From Christensenellales bacterium (GTDB lineage Bacteria > Bacillota > Clostridia > Christensenellales > Aristaeellaceae): a DNA stretch of 64,000 nucleotides. Every line of letters starts with the position of its first letter. Position 1 is the first letter of the stretch. The notes under the pieces are model-generated. The model saw nothing but the letters and a program-made list of their open reading frames with translations. It was not told the DNA's origin and ran no database searches. The stretch covers positions 9,744-73,743 of the forward strand of contig JAXGRA010000012.1 of assembly GCA_040766135.1 (NCBI GenBank), in the 5' to 3' direction. Both the position numbers and the translations under genes were made by a program. Positions 16,217 through 25,654 of this stretch are shown piece by piece.

Positions 16217-18631
16217 ATGCCAAACACACAGGATTTGTTGCTGCCGCTATCAAATGAAGGATATGTACCATGCTGGCTGGTCAGCGGGATGCAGCTGGCA
16301 CCCTACACACCACCCAAGGAAGAAGGGCGCTGGGATGACCAGATCGCCTATGAAGTACACCTGCGCGAGCAGTTTTATCGCAAGCCGGATATTGCGCCCG
16401 AAGCCGCTGTAATCGGGCAGCCCTCGGCGCTGGGCTTGCCGTGGCGCTATGTGCCCATGCGCAGCCGTTTTGTGAACGAAAACCGGTTTTTTAACTCCCT
16501 GACCGATGTAAAGCTGCTGGCCGCCACCTGCCTGGTGTCGGAATGCGACCAGCAGGTCGATGCCGCGCTGTGGACATATATGGCAGCCGATGTCTATGTA
16601 AACGGCCAGCACGTATGCTGCAACAGGGTGCCGCGCTATAAGCCCATCCGGCGCATTGCCTGCACGCTGCCGCTCAAAAAAGGGCGCAATGAAGTCTTTC
16701 TGTACCTGCAAAACTTGGGCGTGCGCGATACGCGCAACATGGTGGCGCTGCAGCTGCCCGCAGCGCAGGGCGTACAGGCCAGCCTGCCCGATGAAGCGCA
16801 GGCGGCCGACTTTGTCGCCGCCGACCAATGGCTGCACGGCCTGACCGTTGCACAGGGGCATTTGCAGGTGCCCGATGCGCCCCCGGCCCCCGCGCGCCTG
16901 ACCATCGCCGGGCAGGACACGCCGCTGGGCGCAGGCTCGCATGCCCTGCACGATGCCGAGAGCATCCAGATGCACGTTGACCTGCCGGGGCAGACACTCA
17001 CGCGCACCATCGACATCCAAGAAAATATCCTCCCGCGCACAAAGCCGCTGCCCGCGGATGGCGACCATGTCATGGCGTACATGCAAATGCTGGCAGGCAA
17101 GCAAACGCAACTGCGCAGCGGCGCCATCCATTTTGCGGTGTTCTTTGTGCTGGCGCGGCTGTATGTGGGGCAGCGCCTGGCCGTTGACCGCGATCTGCTG
17201 CTGGATGACCTCGCCCACATCCGCAAGCGGGTGGACTGCAGCGATTTCCTGGTTACCGGTCTAATCCGCCTGGTGCGCGAGTACCCGGTGGACGATGATT
17301 TCGCCGCGCAGATGAAGGACACGCTGCTTACCTACCGCTACTGGATGGATGAAAACGGTGCAGACGGCATGTGCTTCTGGAGCGAGAACCACGCGCTGAT
17401 GTTCCACTCTGCTCAAATGTTAGCCGGACAGATGTACCCCGACGAGGTGTTTGTGCGCAGCGGCCGCACCGGACGCCAGCAGTACGAAAAAGGCCTGGCC
17501 CGCGTGCGCGCGTGGCTTACTGACACCGAGCAATACGGCATGGAGGAGTTTAACAGTGCCGGCTACCTGCCCGTAACGGCGGCCGCGTTGCTCAACGTGG
17601 TGGACTATGGCCCGCCCGATGTATCCCAGCGCGCCGCCCGGCTGCTGGATGATATGTGCCGCCAGCTGTGCCGCCATGTGTTTGACGGCAGCTCCATCAG
17701 CCCGCAGGGCCGCGTGTACCGCGATGTCATCCGGCCGCACCGGCAGGCGGTGCAGGATTTGCTGCACTATATCCTCCCGGATGTTTCCTATGTCAACGGC
17801 GACAACATGTGGCTGTCGTGCTTTGCCACCAGCAGCTACCGCTTCCCGGAGGATTTGCGCGCCCTGGCGCAATCTGACTATGATGGTACCTATAAATCTG
17901 GGCATGCGCGCATCCGGCTGAGCAAAACGCAGGCCTATGCGCTGACCAGCGTGGACTGCCCGCGCGATAAAAACGACGCGCCGCAGTGGACCAACCTGTG
18001 CTTTGTGCCTGGCTCCGACCGCGACACCAACACCTGGACGCGCTCCATCAACGAGCGTTTTCACGGCACCAGCGTGTTTGAGCCCGGCGTGTACGGCTAT
18101 CAGCAGCACCTGTGGTATGCGGCGCTGTCGGCTGCCTGCGTGGTGTTTGTCACGCTGCCCGGCAACGATTGCGACAACGGCGGCATGCGGCCAGACTACT
18201 GGTATGGCAACGGTGTGTTCCCGGCACTGCGCCAACACGGCAACGCGCTGGGGCTGATCTATGAAATCCCGGAGGATTACCCCATCCACTTCACCCACGC
18301 CCATTGGCCGCAGGCTGCCTTTGACCGCAGCGAGCACCGGGGGCAGTGGCTGTTTGGCCGCGCGCGCCAGGGCGCGGTGGCGCTGTGGTGCTCCGGCGCG
18401 CTCACGCCGCACAACGACCAGCTGATCAACAGCGAATACCGCTGCCCGGACAGCAAGGTAGCCTGGTACTGCGCCTGCGCCCCATGCGCCGATGATGCGG
18501 CGTTTGAGGCTTTTATGGAAAAGCATATGGCCAATGCGCCGCTCTATGACGCGCAGGCGCACACGCTGCACATGCCCGGCGGGCATGACCTGGTATACGA
18601 AGCGCACGAGAATATCACGCAGTTTATCTGA
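16217..18631 (+). CDS. large cytoplasmic protein of unknown function (possibly an alpha/alpha-toroid carbohydrate-active enzyme)
   Basis: 804 aa with no signal peptide, 33 nt after the ROK gene. The central region CFWSENHALMFHSAQMLAGQMYP loosely resembles heparinase II/III-type lyase folds. This assignment is tentative. Confidence 0.6.
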   Translation: MPNTQDLLLPLSNEGYVPCWLVSGMQLAPYTPPKEEGRWDDQIAYEVHLREQFYRKPDIAPEAAVIGQPSALGLPWRYVPMRSRFVNENRFFNSLTDVKLLAATCLVSECDQQVDAALWTYMAADVYVNGQHVCCNRVPRYKPIRRIACTLPLKKGRNEVFLYLQNLGVRDTRNMVALQLPAAQGVQASLPDEAQAADFVAADQWLHGLTVAQGHLQVPDAPPAPARLTIAGQDTPLGAGSHALHDAESIQMHVDLPGQTLTRTIDIQENILPRTKPLPADGDHVMAYMQMLAGKQTQLRSGAIHFAVFFVLARLYVGQRLAVDRDLLLDDLAHIRKRVDCSDFLVTGLIRLVREYPVDDDFAAQMKDTLLTYRYWMDENGADGMCFWSENHALMFHSAQMLAGQMYPDEVFVRSGRTGRQQYEKGLARVRAWLTDTEQYGMEEFNSAGYLPVTAAALLNVVDYGPPDVSQRAARLLDDMCRQLCRHVFDGSSISPQGRVYRDVIRPHRQAVQDLLHYILPDVSYVNGDNMWLSCFATSSYRFPEDLRALAQSDYDGTYKSGHARIRLSKTQAYALTSVDCPRDKNDAPQWTNLCFVPGSDRDTNTWTRSINERFHGTSVFEPGVYGYQQHLWYAALSAACVVFVTLPGNDCDNGGMRPDYWYGNGVFPALRQHGNALGLIYEIPEDYPIHFTHAHWPQAAFDRSEHRGQWLFGRARQGAVALWCSGALTPHNDQLINSEYRCPDSKVAWYCACAPCADDAAFEAFMEKHMANAPLYDAQAHTLHMPGGHDLVYEAHENITQFI

Positions 18632-18650
18632 TATTCTACCGGCTCCAACT

Positions 18651-18689
18651 TTGCTATCACCCTTCAAAAGCGTGATAGCAAATGTTTTT
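18651..18689. terminator. bidirectional hairpin terminator between convergent genes
   Basis: TTGCTATCAC-loop-GTGATAGCAA (10-bp perfect stem) followed by ATGTTTTTA. Confidence 0.6.
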
Positions 18690-19641
18690 ATGCCTCAATA
18701 TTCATCTGGGAGGCGATGCTCTTCATATACTGTGTGGGGGTCGTTCCCCGGTATTTTTTGAACGCCTTGTAGAAAGCGGAAGCATTTTGAAACCCGCTGC
18801 GGTATGCAGCGTCCAACACGGTTATTTGTTCATGCTGCATCAGCTGAACCGCATGGTCTAACCGGAAATTTATCAAATACTGAAAAGGGGATATCCCTAT
18901 ATAGCGTTTAAAAATGCGGGAAAAATGTTCCGGCGTATAGGAGAAACGCGAGGCCATCTCCTCCAGGCTGATTCTTTCGCAAAAATGTTCGGACATGTAA
19001 TTCAGGCTTTCAAAAATCTGATGCAGCGATGAATCTCCCTGCGTATTGTGGAGGCCAATCTCCCGCGAAAATGCAATGGCCAATAAATTCAGCGTGTGGG
19101 TGATGCTCTCAACATGATACGGTTTGTCTGCGGAAGCGATCATTTCTTCACGCAGCATGTCCAGGAGCGTTTGAATCGTGTTGCACCTGTCCGAATCAGA
19201 ATACGGAATCCTATGCTGACTGGTAAAAAAGACTGTCCAAAGCTGGTTTTTGCTAAAAACATACGGGTAAAAAGCAAACATTTCATACTCCGTTTCGGAC
19301 GAATAGATTTTATGGATGTTCCTTTTGCATGCATTGTTCAAAATCATCACATCGCCGGGGGCGATTTGCAAAATTTTTCCATCAACCATCCAGTCGCAAA
19401 CGCCCTTAACGGAGCGAAGGATACGAAGATTCATCGAGACAAAATTTTTTATTTCACTTTTTTCCTTGCGGATGTAGGAGTAGCTGGCCAAGTTGCGATT
19501 TTCGTTGCTGCAAACCGTGCAGGTAAATAAATAGGAGTCGGAATGAAAATCTGCATCTGTAACGGAACGATTCTGCACAGGATCCCCCTTGTTTGCACAA
19601 ATGGCTGATGAGCTGTTTTCTCTTGCATGCAACAGCTCCAT
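18688..19641 (-). CDS. AraC-family transcriptional regulator (cupin sensor + HTH)
   Basis: C-terminal ISLEEMASRFSYTPEHFSRIFKRYIGISPFQYLINFRLDHAVQLM...GFQNASAFYKAFKKYRGTTPTQY. AT-rich gene, divergent from the 19808-24264 cluster. Start codon uncertain. Confidence 0.8.
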   Translation of the reverse strand: MELLHARENSSSAICANKGDPVQNRSVTDADFHSDSYLFTCTVCSNENRNLASYSYIRKEKSEIKNFVSMNLRILRSVKGVCDWMVDGKILQIAPGDVMILNNACKRNIHKIYSSETEYEMFAFYPYVFSKNQLWTVFFTSQHRIPYSDSDRCNTIQTLLDMLREEMIASADKPYHVESITHTLNLLAIAFSREIGLHNTQGDSSLHQIFESLNYMSEHFCERISLEEMASRFSYTPEHFSRIFKRYIGISPFQYLINFRLDHAVQLMQHEQITVLDAAYRSGFQNASAFYKAFKKYRGTTPTQYMKSIASQMNIEA

Positions 19642-19807
19642 TATAGCATGTGTTTGGTGCCTTTATGATAAACAATCAAAATAGTGGATAGTTTTGCGGC
19701 ATTATTAGATAGCCGAACCAGGGTTCCAGGGCTATAATGAGCATACATGGTTATTTCCCATTTCTATATCCTTATAATGTTTTGTGGTTTGTGAAAGGAG
19801 GGGTTTT

Positions 19808-21148
19808 GTGGGAAACGGTTGCATTGATCCCAGAAATCTTAAAATCACGGATATGCGCTTTGTGGACATTGATGGTGCCCCCAAGCGCTGTACGCTGATG
19901 AAACTGTATACCAACCAGGGGTTGCTGGGGTACGGCGAAGTGCGCGATGCATCCAGCAAAACCTATGCACTGATGCTGAAAAGTCGTCTTTTAGGTGAAA
20001 ACCCCTGTGATGTCGACCGCATTTTTCGTAAGATCAAGCAGTTTGGCGGGCACTCGCGCCAGGGCGGCGGCGTATCCGGCGTAGAAATTGCCTTGTGGGA
20101 TCTTGCCGGGAAAGCCTACGGCGTGCCTGTGTACCAGCTTCTGGGGGGCAAATTCCGCGATTCCATCCGCGTATACTGCGACACGGATGTAGACGGCCAT
20201 CATACGGGGCACGACATGGGGCTGGCGCTGAAAAGACGCATGGAAATGGGCTTTACCTTTTTAAAAATGGATTTGGGCATCGGCCTTCTGATGGACGAGC
20301 CTGGTACCATTAGCGCTCCGCTGGGGTTTATTGACGATATGAAGCAATATGCCCCGCATATTCTCAACGTGCAGGGCGGCTCGGTGACGGCCGATATGGT
20401 CAAGCATCAAAAGAGTTATTCCATCGTTCATACGGCGCATCCTTTTACAGGCATCCAGCTGACGGAAAAAGGCATAGACTTCCTTGAAAATTACGTCAAG
20501 GAGGTTCGGGAGATCATCGGCTACGAGGTACCGCTGGCGGTCGATCATTTCGGGCATGTGACGTTGGAGTCTTGTATTCGCTTTGCCCGCCGCATGGAAA
20601 AATACAACCTCGCCTGGATAGAGGATATGGCCCCCTGGTACTTGACCGATCACTACGTGCGCCTGCGCAATGCCACCACCATCCCCGTTTGTACGGGCGA
20701 GGATATCTATCTGAAGGAGGGCTTTGAGAAGCTCATCAAGGCCGGCGGCGTATCGGTTGTTCACCCGGATATTCTCACCTGCGGCGGCGCGCTTGAATTG
20801 AAAAAGATCAGCGACATCGCCGATGAAAATGGCGTGGCTGTGGCAGTGCACATGGCTGAAAGCCCGGTAGCCTGCATGGCGGCGGTGCACACTGCGGCGG
20901 CTATGCGCAATGTGCTGGCGATTGAATACCACTCGGTTGATGTGCCCTGGTGGAAGGACATGGTGTTCGGATTGCCGGATCCGCTGATAAAGGACGGCTT
21001 TATCCAGGTCCCGCAGGGCCCTGGTCTGGGCATTGAAGGGTTAAATGATGAACTGCTCAGGAAGCACATTCATCCCGACATTCCCGGCATGTGGGAAGAA
21101 ACCACGGCTTGGGATCGCGAATTTTCCAATGACCGTATCTGGAGCTAA
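19808..21148 (+). CDS. enolase-superfamily enzyme (mandelate racemase / acid-sugar dehydratase family)
   Basis: AAAGGAGGGG precedes GTG 19808. VSGVEIALWDLAGKAYGVPVYQLLGGKFRD, with DHFGH and EDM metal-ligand context typical of the MR/MLE/dehydratase subgroup. Confidence 0.8.
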   Translation: MGNGCIDPRNLKITDMRFVDIDGAPKRCTLMKLYTNQGLLGYGEVRDASSKTYALMLKSRLLGENPCDVDRIFRKIKQFGGHSRQGGGVSGVEIALWDLAGKAYGVPVYQLLGGKFRDSIRVYCDTDVDGHHTGHDMGLALKRRMEMGFTFLKMDLGIGLLMDEPGTISAPLGFIDDMKQYAPHILNVQGGSVTADMVKHQKSYSIVHTAHPFTGIQLTEKGIDFLENYVKEVREIIGYEVPLAVDHFGHVTLESCIRFARRMEKYNLAWIEDMAPWYLTDHYVRLRNATTIPVCTGEDIYLKEGFEKLIKAGGVSVVHPDILTCGGALELKKISDIADENGVAVAVHMAESPVACMAAVHTAAAMRNVLAIEYHSVDVPWWKDMVFGLPDPLIKDGFIQVPQGPGLGIEGLNDELLRKHIHPDIPGMWEETTAWDREFSNDRIWS

Positions 21149-21166
21149 GAAAGGATGTGAGTTTAG

Positions 21167-22069
21167 ATGCGTTTCAGCGCAAAGGAAGACATTATCCAGT
21201 TGACCACGCAATGGAAAGGGCCGCGCATGAGCGATGGCCGCCCTTACGTGGAGGACAAATATTTAGTCGCCTTACAAAAGATGACGCTCGAAGAAGTCTG
21301 GAAGCCCATCTATCTGCTGGGATATGAAAATCAGTTTGAGGGCGATTTCAAGCTATTGCATGATGATGGCAGAAAGCTCATCGGCCGTGCCGTAACCTGT
21401 ACCTTTGCGCCCACCCGCCCAGACCTGCACGAGGTGTTGTTTGGCATAGGTGCACAAGAAGGCCGCAAGGGCAATTATAACCAATGGGTCATTGATGCGC
21501 TGGTGGAGCGCGATGTGGTCGTGTGTGACATGTATGACAAAATCTATAAGGGAACCTTCATTGGCGGCAATCTGACCACGGCCATTAAGGCGCGCACCAA
21601 AAACGGCGGGGCGGTGGTGTGGGGCGGTGTCCGCGATGTGGAGCAGATGCTCACCGTGCCGGATGTGCAGGTCTATTATCGCGGCGTTGATCCAACCCCG
21701 ATCCGCGAGGTGGTCATGACCGGATACAATTCGGCCACGCGCATTGGCCGTGCCATCGTTCTTCCCGGCGATATCGTGTTCGGTGCGCCGGGCGGGGTTC
21801 TCTTTATTCCCAGCCATTTGGTTGCAGATGTGGTGGACGGCGCTGCCAAGACCCATGTAAAGGACGATTTTGGCTTTGAAATGATTAGCCAGAATCGTTT
21901 TACGACCGCCCAGATTGACCGTGCCACATGGACGGAGGAAATGCTGGATTTGCTGATGGAGTTCATCCGTACCGATCCGCGCGGCGAACCCTATCGCGAT
22001 CTGGACTGGAGCAGGGAATACCAGCTTGCCCGCGAAGGAGATTCGGACGATACGCAAACCACCCTGTAG
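21167..22069 (+). CDS. RraA-like / class II (HMG/CHA-type) aldolase-family protein, unusually long
   Basis: GRAVTCTFAPTRPD...GGNLTTAIKARTKNGGAVVWGGVRDVEQM...ATRIGRAIVLPGDIVFGAPGGVLFIP matches the RraA/DlpA fold pattern. It is 300 aa, against ~160-230 aa typical. Confidence 0.6.
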   Translation: MRFSAKEDIIQLTTQWKGPRMSDGRPYVEDKYLVALQKMTLEEVWKPIYLLGYENQFEGDFKLLHDDGRKLIGRAVTCTFAPTRPDLHEVLFGIGAQEGRKGNYNQWVIDALVERDVVVCDMYDKIYKGTFIGGNLTTAIKARTKNGGAVVWGGVRDVEQMLTVPDVQVYYRGVDPTPIREVVMTGYNSATRIGRAIVLPGDIVFGAPGGVLFIPSHLVADVVDGAAKTHVKDDFGFEMISQNRFTTAQIDRATWTEEMLDLLMEFIRTDPRGEPYRDLDWSREYQLAREGDSDDTQTTL

Positions 22070-22148
22070 CAAGGTCAGCGCCTATGCTTTTTGAGCTGTG
22101 CGCGTTTTCGTGATAATAATGGCACAACACCAACAGGAATCAGGAGGT

Positions 22149-23513
22149 ATGATGATGTCTAATCGTCGCAAGGAAATCCTCAAACCGTTCCAGGCCGCCC
22201 AGGAGTACATGGACGACCGGGTCAAAAACGGCATTGAATCACACCGGAAAGGGTTCGCCACGCTTTCGTTTGTCGATAAGGAAGGGAAACCCGTCGAGCA
22301 GGTACACGTGGAGCTAAAGCAGAAGACCCATGACTTCCGCTTTGGCGCGAACTGCTTTATGTTAGATAGCTTAGAATCCGAGGAAAAGGATACAGAATAC
22401 AAGCGCTTGTTTGCGAAGCTGTTCAATCTGGCCACCCTTCCCTTTTACTGGAACGATCTGGAGCCGGAAGAAGGGAAGCCGCGCTTTGCAAAAAATAGCC
22501 CCAAGGTGTACCGCCGTCCAGCGCCTGATTTGTGCATTGAATTTTGCAATGAGCATGGCATTGAGCCGAAAGTGCATTGCTTGAATTATGACCATTTTTC
22601 CCCGGCGTGGCTTTCTCCTGACGCGGATGTGCAAACTGTAAAAAAATATCTTGACAAACGTTTCTTCGAGATTGCCAAGCGTTATCGTGACGTGATTCCA
22701 AGTATGGAGGTGACCAACGAAACGCTATGCGACAAAGTTCAGCCGTCGCGTTGTATCGCAGAGCATCGACACAATTCCTGCTTCTTCCATGAACCCGACA
22801 TTGTAGAGTGGAGTTTTGAACATGCGCGTACATATCTGCCCTACACCCGGCTTATCATCAACGAAGCGACGGATCTTATCTGGGGCGAAGCATATCATTG
22901 GAACCGCAGCGCCTACTATATGCAAATTGAACGCGCGCTGAGCAGGGGCGCTTCTATCGATTCTATCGGCATGCAGTACCATATGTTTTATCCGGCTGAG
23001 GAGGAAGCAGAAAGAACGCGGCTGCATTATGATCCACACACGCTCTATCGTGTGATGGATCAGTACGCCGACTTTGGAAAGCCCCTGCAGGTGACCGAAA
23101 TCACAATCCCTGCCTACTCATGCCGCATGGAGGACGAGGAACTGCAGGCGGAAATCATCAGGAATTTGTACAGCATCTGGTTTAGTCATCGCAACATGGA
23201 AGCAGTTGTTTACTGGAATATGGTCGATGGCTATGCAGCCTTTGCCCCGCAGGGCGATATGACCAGCGGAGAAAATTACTTCCATGGCGCGCTGGTACGC
23301 TATGACATGACCCCCAAGCCTGCCTACAGGATGCTGGACGATCTGATAAACCGTCAGTGGCGTACAAACGGCGGATATGACGGCGCAGATCAGGTCACAT
23401 TCAAGGGCTTTTACGGGGAGTATGAGGCGCAGGTGACCGTCAGCGGCAATACGTTCCCCATTTCCTTCCATGTGAAGAAAATCCAGGAAAACCGCTTTGT
23501 CTTTACCGTCTGA
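22149..23513 (+). CDS. GH10-like glycoside hydrolase (no signal peptide)
   Basis: AGGAGG precedes ATG 22149-22155. FRFGANCF, LPFYWNDLEPEEGKPRF, MEVTNET (acid/base Glu context), IGMQYHM and LQVTEITIP (nucleophile Glu context) follow the GH10 motif order. Confidence 0.6.
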   Translation: MMMSNRRKEILKPFQAAQEYMDDRVKNGIESHRKGFATLSFVDKEGKPVEQVHVELKQKTHDFRFGANCFMLDSLESEEKDTEYKRLFAKLFNLATLPFYWNDLEPEEGKPRFAKNSPKVYRRPAPDLCIEFCNEHGIEPKVHCLNYDHFSPAWLSPDADVQTVKKYLDKRFFEIAKRYRDVIPSMEVTNETLCDKVQPSRCIAEHRHNSCFFHEPDIVEWSFEHARTYLPYTRLIINEATDLIWGEAYHWNRSAYYMQIERALSRGASIDSIGMQYHMFYPAEEEAERTRLHYDPHTLYRVMDQYADFGKPLQVTEITIPAYSCRMEDEELQAEIIRNLYSIWFSHRNMEAVVYWNMVDGYAAFAPQGDMTSGENYFHGALVRYDMTPKPAYRMLDDLINRQWRTNGGYDGADQVTFKGFYGEYEAQVTVSGNTFPISFHVKKIQENRFVFTV

Positions 23514-23532
23514 TATACAGGAGACATTTAGG

Positions 23533-24264
23533 ATGTTTGATCTCACGGGAAAACGCGCTTTGGTCACAGGCTCCACCCAAGGAATTGGCAAAGCAATTGC
23601 CGCGTGCCTTGCATCGCATGGTGCGGAGGTTATTGTTCATGGCTCTTCCAGCCGTACAAAGTGCGAAGATAGTGCCGCTGCTATGAAAGGAAAGATCCGC
23701 ACCGCCGTACAGGATCTTTCACAACCTGCCTGCGCTGAAAATCTGTACAAGCAGACCGGGGACATCGACATACTGGTGCTGAACGCCTCTGTGCAATTTC
23801 GCAAGGCATGGAACGAAATCACCGCCGATGAATTTGACGCGCAGATGCATACCAATCTACGCGCCTCGCTCCTGCTTGCCCAGAAGTATGCGCCGCATAT
23901 GATTGCGCAGAAATGGGGCCGGATTGTAACGGTCGGTAGTGTGCAACAGTATAAGCCGCATAAGGATATGGCTGTTTATGCCGCAAGCAAGTGCGCACAG
24001 ATGAGCCTTGTAATAAACCTTGCAAAGCAGCTTGCGCCCCACGGTATTACGGTCAACAACATGAGCCCCGGTGTTATTGATACCCCGCGCAATGCCCGTG
24101 CGCTTTCGGATCCCGATTACAGCAAGCAGGTTGTTGCCCGCATCCCCGCAGGATATGCCGGTCAGGCGGAGGACTGCGCAGGCGCTGTGCTTCTGCTTTG
24201 TTCCGAGGAAGGCCGCTATATCACAGGGACGGATTTGATTGTAGATGGCGGCATGCATCTGTGA
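23533..24264 (+). CDS. SDR-family oxidoreductase
   Basis: MFDLTGKRALVTGSTQGIGKAIA (TGxxxGIG), NASV, YAASK and PGVIDTP motifs. 243 aa. Confidence 0.85.
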   Translation: MFDLTGKRALVTGSTQGIGKAIAACLASHGAEVIVHGSSSRTKCEDSAAAMKGKIRTAVQDLSQPACAENLYKQTGDIDILVLNASVQFRKAWNEITADEFDAQMHTNLRASLLLAQKYAPHMIAQKWGRIVTVGSVQQYKPHKDMAVYAASKCAQMSLVINLAKQLAPHGITVNNMSPGVIDTPRNARALSDPDYSKQVVARIPAGYAGQAEDCAGAVLLLCSEEGRYITGTDLIVDGGMHL

Positions 24265-24298
24265 TTTCATGACATCCCATCCGCTGTAGCAGCGAAAA

Positions 24299-24330
24299 GG
24301 GGAGCCGTGCTCAAACGGCTCTCTTTTTAT
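24299..24330 (+). terminator. rho-independent terminator
   Basis: GAGCCG-tgctcaaa-CGGCTC followed by TCTTTTTATTGTTTT. Confidence 0.6.
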
Positions 24331-24364
24331 TGTTTTGTATTTCAAATTTTTCCCAAATAGATAC

Positions 24365-24397
24365 TTGACGCCCACGCAAACATGTGTATACTGTATA
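24365..24397 (+). promoter_or_regulatory. promoter with overlapping palindrome (candidate YtrA-type operator)
   Basis: TTGACG (24365-24370), 16-nt spacer, TATACT (24387-24392). The palindrome TATACTGTATA (24387-24397) overlaps the -10. Confidence 0.4.
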
Positions 24398-24405
24398 TAT
24401 GTTTC

Positions 24406-24798
24406 ATGAACAGCGAGGTGAGGTTGGTGCGTATCGTGCTGTCCAATGACAGCAAGCAGGCCATCTGGGAACAGATTGCCGAGCAAATCAAGGACGCCAT
24501 CATGAAGGGGGAGATAAACCCCGGCGATCCGCTGCCCTCCATCCGCTCGCTGGCGCGGGAGCTGCGCATATCGGTGATCACCACCAAGCGCGCGTATGAC
24601 GAGCTGGAGGCCGAGCGCTTTGTGGACTCGGTGCAGGGCAAGGGATCCTTTGTGGCCACGCAGGACACCGCGCTGATGCGCGAAAAGCGCCTGCACACCA
24701 TCGAAGCCCGGCTGTCCGAGGCGCTCATCGAAGCGCGGCTGTTAGGGCTTACATATCCAGAATTGGAGCAGATGCTCCGCATTCTATGGGAGGAATAG
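24406..24798 (+). CDS. GntR-family (YtrA-subfamily) transcriptional regulator
   Basis: IWEQIAEQIKDAIMKGEINPGDPLPSIRSLARELRISVITTKRAYDELE is a winged HTH, and the protein is short. Given the predicted promoter and the GAGGTGAGG SD, GTG 24427/24436 may be the true start. Confidence 0.8.
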   Translation: MNSEVRLVRIVLSNDSKQAIWEQIAEQIKDAIMKGEINPGDPLPSIRSLARELRISVITTKRAYDELEAERFVDSVQGKGSFVATQDTALMREKRLHTIEARLSEALIEARLLGLTYPELEQMLRILWEE

Positions 24799-24799
24799 C

Positions 24800-25654
24800 A
24801 TGGACAACATACTGGACATCCGCGGCCTGTGCAAATCATTTAAAAGTTTTGCGCTGCAAGACCTTACGTTCAGCCTGCCCCGGGGGTACATCATGGGCTT
24901 CATCGGGCCCAATGGTTCGGGTAAAACCACCACGTTGAAATTAATCATGAACTTGCTGCGCCCGGACGCAGGCGAGATCTGCATATTCGGGCAGGATCAC
25001 ATCGCCTTTGAGCGTGAGGTCAAGCAGCGCATCGGCTTTGTGTATGATGAATCGGTGTTTTACGAGCAGCTGAGCATCGAACACATGACCAGCCTGATCC
25101 GCCCGTTTTACAGGCAGTGGAATCAGCCGCTGTACGAGGATTATATCCACCGGTTTGACCTGAACCCCAGGCAGAAGATCAAAACGCTGTCCAAGGGCAT
25201 GCGCACCAAGTATGCGCTGGCGCTGGCGTTAAGCCACGGCGCCGAGCTGCTCATCATGGACGAGCCGACAGCCGGGCTGGATCCGGTGTTTCGCCGCGAA
25301 ATGTTAGATATTTTGTTGGAGGTTATGCAGCGGGAGGAAAACAGCATCCTGTTCTCCACGCACATCACCTCCGATTTGGACCGCGTGGCGGACTATATCA
25401 CCTTCATCCACAAGGGGCAGTTGGTGCTGTCCCAGGAAAAAGACGCCCTGTACGAGCAGTATACGCTGGTCAAGGGCGGGCGGGAGGAGCTGACCGACAG
25501 CCTGCACCGGGAGCTGGTGGGCGTATCGGTAAACGAGCACGGCTTTGAGGGCTTAGCCGATCACCCGGTGCGCAGCGATGGCCTGGTGCTGGAAAAGCCC
25601 ACTTTAGAGGACATCATGTACTTTCATACAAAGGGGGAGCAGCATGGCCGTTAA
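24800..25654 (+). CDS. ABC transporter ATP-binding protein
   Basis: GGGAGG RBS. Walker A GPNGSGKTT, signature LSKGMRTK, Walker B LLIMDEPTAGLD. Confidence 0.9.
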   Translation: MDNILDIRGLCKSFKSFALQDLTFSLPRGYIMGFIGPNGSGKTTTLKLIMNLLRPDAGEICIFGQDHIAFEREVKQRIGFVYDESVFYEQLSIEHMTSLIRPFYRQWNQPLYEDYIHRFDLNPRQKIKTLSKGMRTKYALALALSHGAELLIMDEPTAGLDPVFRREMLDILLEVMQREENSILFSTHITSDLDRVADYITFIHKGQLVLSQEKDALYEQYTLVKGGREELTDSLHRELVGVSVNEHGFEGLADHPVRSDGLVLEKPTLEDIMYFHTKGEQHGR

